From Nanobdellota archaeon (lineage in GTDB: Archaea; Nanobdellota; Nanobdellia; SCGC-AAA011-G17; JACPNG01): a stretch of DNA of 24,540 bases. Position 1 is the first letter of the stretch, and every line of letters starts with the position of its first letter. Positions 1 through 6,652 of the stretch are shown here, piece after piece. The stretch lies in NCBI GenBank assembly GCA_038046345.1, contig JBBSWJ010000014.1, positions 1 to 24,540 of the forward strand, read 5' to 3'. Position numbers and translations under genes: made by a program. Under the pieces are notes generated by a model that was given only the letters and a program-made list of their open reading frames with translations, was not told the DNA's origin and searched no databases.

Positions 1-409
1 TATCCATATCAATTACATCAATAAAGAAGCTCTGCTTCCCTTTGGTCTTGTATTCCATTTCGTCAAAGCTTATACTATCACTATTCTGCACTTTAAGGCT
101 ATCTACATAAGAACCAACAAGAGAAGCATATTCCCTAATCCATCTTAGGATGGTCATGTGTGAAGCGTTGTGGGGATGGAACACTCCTAGATGCTCTTGA
201 GATTTCCTTAATGATGCTCCAGAAAAGTAAAGATGAATTGCTTGGGTTATTTTGTCAGAGTTATTCTTTTTCTTGAAGAAACCATCATCTACAACAAAGC
301 GTTTTTTACAACCCTTACAGAAGTATCTCTGAATAAGCCCCTTATTCTTAGTTTTTCTTTGTCCCCTTTTTGTGATATTTTCTGAGGAACAATTTTTACA
401 TTTTACCAT
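1..409 (-). mobile_element. N-terminal part of a DDE transposase (IS6/IS240-like, with Zn ribbon and HTH); truncated by the window edge and absent from the ORF track
   Basis: Manual translation from ATG at 409: MVKCKNCSSENITKRGQRKTKNKGLIQRYFCKGCKKRFVVDDGFFKKKNNSDKITQAIHLYFSGASLRKSQEHLGVFHPHNASHMTILRWIREYASLVGSYVDSLKVQNSDSISFDEMEYKTKGKQSFFIDVIDMD. It shows CxxC...CxxC, an HTH (SLRK...TILRWI) and the first catalytic strand FDEM...IDVID, resembling the IS6 DET..K.KG....AVD pattern. The exact family is tentative. Confidence 0.85.
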
Positions 410-420
410 ACTCTATATTA

Positions 421-455
421 GGTACCCGAAGATTATAAATCTTTCGGTTCCCGAA
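421..455 (-). promoter_or_regulatory. Transposase promoter (BRE-TATA, CCGAAAGATTTATAA on minus strand) bracketed by two GGT(A/T)CCCGAA direct-repeat boxes
   Basis: ggtacccgaa at 421-430 and ggttcccgaa at 446-455 flank ttataaat at 433-440. The TATA lies about 24 nt upstream of the ATG at 409. Confidence 0.7.
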
Positions 456-502
456 TTTACCGCGCAGTTAATTTTATATACTAACCTATAATCCTAGAGA
501 AT

Positions 503-1606
503 ATGAGAAAAAAAAGAAAGTTAACATGGGAAAAGCCAGAATATACTAAAGATGAAGTTAATTGGGCTGGAAAAGTAGTGAGTGGTAGAAAAAAAGTCTC
601 TCATGAGGATGAAGAGCGCGCTATGGTTATTTTTGAAAATTGGAGGGCTTGCCATAATTATCCCCTGCATATTTTCTATATGAGACTTAAAAAATATTCA
701 GAAGATTTACATACAAATTCAATAGTTGCCCAACGTCTTAAGCGTACTCCTTCCATTATCCAAAAACTAAAAAGAGGCTATAATAACCATAAGCCTTCTA
801 TGAATCTTTATCAAATGCAGGATATTGGTGGATGTAGAGCTATTGTTCCTAATGTCAAACTTGCAAGAAAATTATATGAAGAAAAATTCTTAAGAGGTGA
901 TTTAAAGCATAAAAAATCAAACCAAAAAGATTATGTCCATTTTCCTAAAGAGGATGGATACAGGGGGCTTCATTTAGTTTATAATTATCAGAGTGATAAG
1001 AATAGGGTAGTATTTAATGACCTTAAGATAGAGATACAAATAAGAACAAAATTACAACATTTGTGGGCTACAGGAATTGAAACAATTGATTTTATTACAC
1101 AACAAGCTATGAAGTTCGGCAAAGGACGTTCTGAATGGTCAGAGTTTTTCTTATTAGTTAGTTCCGCGTTTTCCGATCTTGAAGGATATCCTTTTCTGGA
1201 AAATACTCCTAATAATAAGGATGAATTATACAGAAGAATAAAAGAAAAAGAAGATGAACTCAAGGCAATTGATAAGTTAAAGGGTTTCACTTATGCATTT
1301 AGAGAGTATACTGAACAAAAAAAGAAAAATAAGAAAGAAGCCAAGTTTTTTTTACTTGAATTAAGCATGGTTAAAGATAATAAGAGACTGATCATTACCG
1401 AATATGGTAATTCTGAAGAAGAGAAAGAAAAAGCTATAAAAGATTATGGTATGAAGGAAAAAGAACATAAAGATGATTTAGAGTATGATGTAGTTCTAGT
1501 AAGCGTTGATGATGTAAAAAACCTGAAAAGGGCTTACCCCAAATATTTTGCAGATACAAAAGAACTTATAGAGGAGCTAGATAGAATTATTTCTCTAGTT
1601 AAATAG
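503..1606 (+). CDS. RelA/SpoT-domain small alarmone synthetase, fused CapRel-like toxin-antitoxin (toxSYNTH plus C-terminal autoinhibitory/sensor domain)
   Basis: Synthetase motifs AQRLKR..SI..KL, MQDIGGCR, DY...PK.DGYRGLH and EIQIRT.LQH.WAT. N-terminal YTK..V..AG...WR..H.YPL. A roughly 100-aa C-terminal beta/alpha domain ends VVLVSV...LKRAYPKYFADT (YxxY at 345-348 of 367). No hydrolase, TGS or ACT domains. Confidence 0.88.
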   Translation: MRKKRKLTWEKPEYTKDEVNWAGKVVSGRKKVSHEDEERAMVIFENWRACHNYPLHIFYMRLKKYSEDLHTNSIVAQRLKRTPSIIQKLKRGYNNHKPSMNLYQMQDIGGCRAIVPNVKLARKLYEEKFLRGDLKHKKSNQKDYVHFPKEDGYRGLHLVYNYQSDKNRVVFNDLKIEIQIRTKLQHLWATGIETIDFITQQAMKFGKGRSEWSEFFLLVSSAFSDLEGYPFLENTPNNKDELYRRIKEKEDELKAIDKLKGFTYAFREYTEQKKKNKKEAKFFLLELSMVKDNKRLIITEYGNSEEEKEKAIKDYGMKEKEHKDDLEYDVVLVSVDDVKNLKRAYPKYFADTKELIEELDRIISLVK

Positions 1607-1615
1607 TATTTTTAA

Positions 1616-1777
1616 TTACTCGATATTTGAAATTAGGATTTTTCCTTTTTCTAAAGTTATAACTAAATCTTTCTCCAAAAGCCTACTATTTTCCACTATT
1701 TTTTTAGGAAGGTTTATTCTGTACTTGTAGTAGACTGTGTCACCAACTTTCTTGTCAATCACTTTCATAATCTTCAT
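1616..1777 (-). CDS. AbrB/MazE/SpoVT-like swapped-hairpin DNA-binding protein (53 aa; start moved from 1837 to ATG 1777)
   Basis: YKYRINLPKKIVENSRLLEKDLVITLEKGKILI fits the AbrB pattern (I.LPK.I....L...DL.I......I.I). TATA-like TTAAATA lies about 23 nt upstream of ATG 1777. Confidence 0.7.
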   Translation of the reverse strand: MKIMKVIDKKVGDTVYYKYRINLPKKIVENSRLLEKDLVITLEKGKILISNIE

Positions 1778-1788
1778 ATTCAAACTTA

Positions 1789-1822
1789 GGCACCCGATAT
1801 ATTTAAGCCTTTGCGTCCCGAA
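1789..1822 (-). promoter_or_regulatory. AbrB-like gene promoter with paired boxes matching those of the transposase promoter
   Basis: ggcacccgat at 1789-1798 and gcgtcccgaa at 1813-1822 flank atatttaagccttt. The proximal box is 11 nt from the ATG, as at the transposase. Confidence 0.65.
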
Positions 1823-1882
1823 GACATTACAATGCAATCTTAAAGATAGATTTATATATAAGCAGTTATTTATAGTATTCTA

Positions 1883-2374
1883 ATGAGAGAGGTTGATTTA
1901 AGTTTAAGTACTCCAAGACGGATGGTCTTAGGTGTTGTAGTGCTTTTAACTGTATTTTTTGCTGGAGTGTATTTTCAATCATCAGGGGTTAATAATTCAT
2001 TGGCTGGAAGCGCAGTGATGGAATCAGTATGTGATGACAGCTTAAGCGTAGCTGTTGGGTTTACAGTAAACGAACCAGGATATGATGATGCTGTTGTAAC
2101 TTATGAGCTAACTTTGCGTGATGAGAACCATGTTTTGTTAGAAGGCGCTAAAGAATATACAGCTGTTATTAGTGAAGGGGACGTTCTTGATTTTGGGAAT
2201 AATGATTTAGAGTTTAAAAGAGATCGTATAGGTGCTGTTGATTTTGATATCATTGATGTTAAAAGTAATGTGGGTGGAAAGTTATCTTTAAAAGCAAATG
2301 AGGATAGGAAATCTGTAACTGTAAAAAGGAATCAGTGTTTAAAAGTTAACTTTAATTTTGAAAGAGAAGATTAG
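1883..2374 (+). CDS. Membrane-anchored/secreted hypothetical protein, paralog of 3252-3722
   Basis: N-terminal STP plus a hydrophobic helix, then a beta-rich domain. DAVVTYELTLRDE aligns with DANIKYEIVTRDR of the paralog. TTTATATA lies about 25 nt upstream. Confidence 0.75.
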   Translation: MREVDLSLSTPRRMVLGVVVLLTVFFAGVYFQSSGVNNSLAGSAVMESVCDDSLSVAVGFTVNEPGYDDAVVTYELTLRDENHVLLEGAKEYTAVISEGDVLDFGNNDLEFKRDRIGAVDFDIIDVKSNVGGKLSLKANEDRKSVTVKRNQCLKVNFNFERED

Positions 2375-2389
2375 GGTGTTTTAGAGTTT

Positions 2390-2998
2390 CTAATAATATT
2401 TAAAATAATCTATATTTGTTGTAAAATGGTTTATTTTCCTTTCAAGGGTTCTTTCTTGTAATTTTAGTTCTTTAAATCTTCTTGCTATCCCCGTGCTTCC
2501 ACCAAAAAATGGTAGTGTAAGCCTTCCTAAAAGAGTGTTTTTATAAGAAAAGCGTTCTTCTTCGTTTCTTCCAATTGCGTGTTGTATCTGCTTTAATTGG
2601 GTGTGCAAGGCAGTAAGCTCATGATTATAATGATCTACTAATATTTCAGAGTATCGTGGTCTTTCAGGCGAATTTGATTGCGATTTAGGTAAAACGTAAG
2701 CGCTGATGCAATTATCCCTCTTGGTTATAAGCTTGTTTATTTCTCCATCAATGTTTTTTTCTTGTCCCTTTAGTTTTTTAAATCTCATTGCTATTCCGTT
2801 TCTTCCACCAAAAAATGGTAGTGTAAGCCTTCCTAAAAGAGTGTTTTTATAAGAAAAGCGTTCTTCTTCGTTTCTTCCAATTGCGTGTTGTATCTGCTTT
2901 AATTGGGTGTGCAAGGCAGTAAGCTCATGATTATAATGATCTACTAATATTTCAGAGTATCGTGGTCTTTCAGGCGAAGATTCCCGATTAGTTTTCAT
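2390..2998 (-). CDS. Hypothetical helical protein made of two ~102-aa tandem units (start moved to ATG 2998)
   Basis: SPERPRYSEIL...LTLPFFGG occurs twice. The promoter CCGAAAGATTTATA (3022-3035, minus strand) sits about 24 nt upstream of ATG 2998 and inside the longer ORF call. Confidence 0.75.
   Translation of the reverse strand: MKTNRESSPERPRYSEILVDHYNHELTALHTQLKQIQHAIGRNEEERFSYKNTLLGRLTLPFFGGRNGIAMRFKKLKGQEKNIDGEINKLITKRDNCISAYVLPKSQSNSPERPRYSEILVDHYNHELTALHTQLKQIQHAIGRNEEERFSYKNTLLGRLTLPFFGGSTGIARRFKELKLQERTLERKINHFTTNIDYFKYY
2496..2978. repeat. 177-bp perfect direct repeat, copies at 2496-2672 and 2802-2978 (period 306 nt)
   Basis: Base-by-base comparison by eye found no mismatch over 177 nt. 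The adjoining parts of the two units are homologous but clearly diverged. Confidence 0.95.
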
Positions 2999-3074
2999 AC
3001 ATTTATTACTCTTTAGTGGTATATAAATCTTTCGGTTGATAAACTGTAAAATAAATATTAAGACCAAACAATAA

Positions 3075-3200
3075 AACTATGCTTATACTAGGCACAATCA
3101 TTTTAGGCCACATCAGAACCTGAATTGGAAGACGCCATCAGAAATATTTCATGATCTTGCAAGGAATATTATCTGGTGACATATGTCACCTGATTACACA
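3075..3200 (+). mobile_element. IS481-type remnant: transposase C-terminus plus right terminal repeat
   Basis: Frame 3075-3179 reads NYAYTRHNHFRPHQNLNWKTPSEIFHDLARNIIW*, matching the integrase-core tail YN..RPH..L...TP.E. It is followed by GTGACATATGTCACCTGATTACACA, resembling IS481-family ends (GT.AC.TATGTC.CC.G...ACA). Confidence 0.65.
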
Positions 3201-3251
3201 CAGCTCACCTTTCAGTTAAGTTTATAAATAATTAAGTATTAGAATCTTGTT

Positions 3252-3722
3252 ATGAAAGGGGTTGATATTAGGGTAAGCACACCAACACAAGTGCTTGTAG
3301 TTGTTTTATTATTAGCTTCAGTGTTCTTTTTTGGAGCATTTGTACAATCAGTAGTTGGTATAACCACTGGATTTGCTACGAAAGATTCAAGATGCGGAAA
3401 TACTGCTGCATGTGTACAAGTAGTAAGCAGTTTTAAAGATGCAAATATAAAATATGAAATTGTGACACGCGATAGAGAAGATAATATCGTGGATGTAATA
3501 AGAGGAAATGTTGGCAGGGACGGTAAAGGTCCAGTGCATGTCCTTGGTGAAAATGGGTATTCTGAATTAGGTTTACGTAGCAGAACTTCACTGAATGTTT
3601 TTGTTTTAGACGTTGCTGATGAATATTGGGTATCTCGTAAACCAACTACTAGAACTATAAGAGGAAATGTAATGGAAGTTGTGACCTTAAATAGTGACGC
3701 TGTTGATATTAAAAGTAATTAA
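3252..3722 (+). CDS. Membrane-anchored/secreted hypothetical protein, paralog of 1883-2374
   Basis: MKGVDIRVSTPTQVLVVVLLLASVFFFGAFVQS aligns with MREVDLSLSTPRRMVLGVVVLLTVFFAGVYFQS. An ITTGFAT segment follows the helix. TTTATAAATA lies upstream at about 3221. Confidence 0.75.
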   Translation: MKGVDIRVSTPTQVLVVVLLLASVFFFGAFVQSVVGITTGFATKDSRCGNTAACVQVVSSFKDANIKYEIVTRDREDNIVDVIRGNVGRDGKGPVHVLGENGYSELGLRSRTSLNVFVLDVADEYWVSRKPTTRTIRGNVMEVVTLNSDAVDIKSN

Positions 3723-3724
3723 AA

Positions 3725-4471
3725 TTATTTTTTCCTGTTACCAAAAAATTCCATCAACTCTATTGGAATCGGGAGAATAATTGTAGAATTCTTTTCTGCT
3801 GATATCTCTTGTAATGTATGAAGCAACCTTAGCTGCAATGTGCTTGGATTTTTGCTCATTAATTGTGCAGCCTCTAAAAATGACTTAGCAGCTTCTTTCT
3901 CCCCGCTTGCTGAAGTAATCTTAGCACGTCTATCTCGTTCAGCTTCAGCCTGGGCAGCAAGAGCACGCTTCATGTTCTCTGGCAGTTCAATGTCTTTAAC
4001 TTCTATATTTGTAACTTTAATCCCCCAAACATCAGTTTCTTTATCAACAATACTTTGTATTTTAGTATTTATTGTTTCCCTTTTAGAAAGGATATCATCA
4101 AGTTCAAATTCACCAATAATATTCCGCATAGTTGTTTGAGCTAATTGTGACACAGCAAAATCAAAGTCTTCAACCTCAAGAACAGCCTTGTCAGGTTTAT
4201 TGACCTTATAATAAAGAACTGCATTAACCTTTAATGAGATATTATCCTTTGAGACACAATCCTGCCCAGGTACATCAACAGTCTTTACTCTAAGATCTAT
4301 TTTTTGGTATGACTGAAAAACCGGTATTACTAATCTCCAACCAGGGCTCATAATGCCTGAATATTTTCCTAATGTAAACTTAACACCTCGTTGATATTCG
4401 TTAACTTGACGAATAGAACTAACTAAAAGTAATGCTAAAGCCCCTCCAAGATAATAAATTGAGAAAACCAT
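3725..4471 (-). CDS. SPFH/band 7 (stomatin-like) protein
   Basis: N-terminal TM helix, V.EYQRGV.F.LG, DLRV.TVDVP.Q..VSKDN, LAQTTMR.IIG, WGIKV..IEVKDIELP, AEAERDRRA. Confidence 0.95.
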   Translation of the reverse strand: MVFSIYYLGGALALLLVSSIRQVNEYQRGVKFTLGKYSGIMSPGWRLVIPVFQSYQKIDLRVKTVDVPGQDCVSKDNISLKVNAVLYYKVNKPDKAVLEVEDFDFAVSQLAQTTMRNIIGEFELDDILSKRETINTKIQSIVDKETDVWGIKVTNIEVKDIELPENMKRALAAQAEAERDRRAKITSASGEKEAAKSFLEAAQLMSKNPSTLQLRLLHTLQEISAEKNSTIILPIPIELMEFFGNRKK

Positions 4472-4521
4472 GGAAGTAAGTAACCACTAAGGTTTAAAAA
4501 GTTTACTTTGTTTATTAAATT

Positions 4522-5181
4522 ATGGAAGATTCTAAAAATAAGGTTGAAGCGATATTATTCACAACCGGCAGGTTTATGGACGTAGAAGAGATAAGCAAAC
4601 TTTGTGGTATAGGGTCTGTAGGATACGTAAAAGAAGTTTTAAACAAACTAATAAAAGAGTTTAATGACAGACCAGGATCATTGATGGTGCAGCAGGAAAA
4701 TGGAAGGTTTAAATTAGCATTAAAAAAAGAATTTAATTATTTAACTGCAAACTTGTTAAGTGAAACAGAACTTGATGGGCCAACAATGAAAACACTTGCA
4801 TTAATTGCATATAAGCAGCCGGTTATGCAGTCTGAGATAGTTGAGATGCGTGGTAGTGGTGCTTATGATCATATTAAATCACTTAAAGAAAATGATTTTA
4901 TAGTATCAGACCGGAAAGGTAGAACTAAACTAATCAAACTATCCCCAAAATTTTATGATTATTTTGATATAATAGAGGGGGAGCTTAAGCCGCATTTGAA
5001 TTCTGAAAAAATTCAAAAAATTGATGAAGATACTACTAGTATGGAGCATGAAACTAAAGAACTAGAAAAAGTATCCACAAAAAAACATACTGATAAAACT
5101 ATCATTAATGTGCCTGATGAAGAATCTGATAGTATCAATGTGATAGAAGAAACTGTTGCTGAAGAAAAAAATGAACCTTAA
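4522..5181 (+). CDS. scpB: SMC-Scp complex subunit ScpB
   Basis: VEAILF, L....MKTLALIAYKQPV.QSEI..MRG...YDHIK.L, plus an acidic disordered tail. Confidence 0.92.
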   Translation: MEDSKNKVEAILFTTGRFMDVEEISKLCGIGSVGYVKEVLNKLIKEFNDRPGSLMVQQENGRFKLALKKEFNYLTANLLSETELDGPTMKTLALIAYKQPVMQSEIVEMRGSGAYDHIKSLKENDFIVSDRKGRTKLIKLSPKFYDYFDIIEGELKPHLNSEKIQKIDEDTTSMEHETKELEKVSTKKHTDKTIINVPDEESDSINVIEETVAEEKNEP

Positions 5182-6652
5182 AATAATAATCTTTATAGTG
5201 ATTATGGGGGTTTTAGCAGCAGGGATACAATTATATCTAGTGTTTAGAACTGATACTTTTAGCTCTGATGGATCTTATTTTTTGTTAAGACAAGCTGAAC
5301 ACATAAGTGAAACAGGGTTACCATTAAGATATGATGAGCTAAGCCATAGCGGAAGGACTATATTTGGAAGTCCTTTGTACTGGTATTTGCTTGGATTTTT
5401 TGGTTTTGTATTTGGGCTGGTGTCACTTAAGGTACTCCCAATATTATTTGTTTTTCTGATACCTCTAACAACCTATCTTGCTGCAGGATTGCTGGTAAAA
5501 GATAAGAAATATGCCTGTATTGCTGCGATATCTTCTGTATGGTTACCAATTATGTGGCGTGAAATACTTAATAAGCTAGAATCATTTGCGTTGTTCATAC
5601 CGCTTTCGATAATATTTTTTTATTTGTTTTTGAAGATTGATAATAAATTGTATTTAGCACCATTCCTTGTTGTAAGCTTTTTTATTGGTGCTTTAAATCC
5701 ATTAGTTTTTGTTATTGTTATAACGCTGATTATGTGGCATATACTTATTTATGTTGAGCAAATTAAGCTTACTGCAGTAAAAAAAGAAGCTACATTATTC
5801 CTGGGATTATTCGTGTTACTTTTTCAGTTCTTTTTTTACAAAGAGGTGTTTCTAAACAATGGAATGGGCGTGGTGTATCAGAATATACCAACAGGTGTAT
5901 TACAAAACTATTTTAGTGATTTAAGCTTCTTAGAGTTAGCTGGAAATATCGGGGTGTTATCAATAATATTTGGAATATATGGGCTATTTAGATCTATAAC
6001 AAAAAAGAATGAGGTTGTCTTATTATATGCTGCATTTGCGCTATCTTTATTGTTGCTTTTAATCTTTAAACTAATACCATTAAACATTGGGATAGTATTA
6101 CTAGGAGTAAGTTTTATTATTGTTTCAAGTGTTGGATATGAACGGTTTTTTAATTACCTCTCAATTACAAAGGTTGCAAGGTTTAGTAAAACTATTTTTG
6201 TGATAATGCTCTTGTTGATTATATTGCCCATGGGCTTACAAAGCATTAATGTTGGAGCTGAAGCTGTAGATAAAGCGCCAACTCCAATTGAGATTGAATT
6301 GCTTTCTTTTATAAGAGCAGAGACTCCTGTTTCGTCGGTAATCTTAGGCGGAATAAACGAGGGTCATCTTATTAATTATTATACACAAAGAAAAAATGTA
6401 ATTGACACTAACTTTATAGGCAGCGGGGATATCAATGATCGATACAATGCAGTTGAAGAGGTATACACAACTGAGTCAGAGGTATTTGCTTTAAAAAACC
6501 TTGAGAAATATTCTGTTGACTACATTTATTTATCTAAGGACATGCAAGAGGATATTGGTAAGGAAACATTGTCTTATTCTATCAATGAAGAATGTTTCCC
6601 ATTAATCTTCCAGCAGCTGGACGGGGGGAAATTGTATGAAGTGGCTTGCTGA
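5171..6652 (+). CDS. Multi-pass GT-C-fold (AglB/STT3-like) membrane protein; likely start is ATG 5171
   Basis: First TM, then SSDGSYFLLRQAEHI (STT3 EL1-like D..Y..R), many TM helices, and a C-terminal soluble domain LSFIRAETP..SVILG...GHLI....RKNVID...YSVDYIYL. There is no WWDYG. Confidence 0.65.
   Translation: MNLKIIIFIVIMGVLAAGIQLYLVFRTDTFSSDGSYFLLRQAEHISETGLPLRYDELSHSGRTIFGSPLYWYLLGFFGFVFGLVSLKVLPILFVFLIPLTTYLAAGLLVKDKKYACIAAISSVWLPIMWREILNKLESFALFIPLSIIFFYLFLKIDNKLYLAPFLVVSFFIGALNPLVFVIVITLIMWHILIYVEQIKLTAVKKEATLFLGLFVLLFQFFFYKEVFLNNGMGVVYQNIPTGVLQNYFSDLSFLELAGNIGVLSIIFGIYGLFRSITKKNEVVLLYAAFALSLLLLLIFKLIPLNIGIVLLGVSFIIVSSVGYERFFNYLSITKVARFSKTIFVIMLLLIILPMGLQSINVGAEAVDKAPTPIEIELLSFIRAETPVSSVILGGINEGHLINYYTQRKNVIDTNFIGSGDINDRYNAVEEVYTTESEVFALKNLEKYSVDYIYLSKDMQEDIGKETLSYSINEECFPLIFQQLDGGKLYEVAC

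Noticed and set aside
1616-1777. AbrB-like gene as the antitoxin of the RelA/SpoT protein
   Set aside because: The genes are convergent, not co-transcribed, and the synthetase already has a fused YxxY-type inhibitory domain. The operator evidence links AbrB to the transposase instead.
2401-2978. Repeat pair as a diversity-generating retroelement TR/VR
   Set aside because: No reverse transcriptase is in the window. The main repeat is identical, and in the diverged part the differences are not restricted to adenines (e.g. GGA/TTA, CTT/TTT, AAG/AAA).
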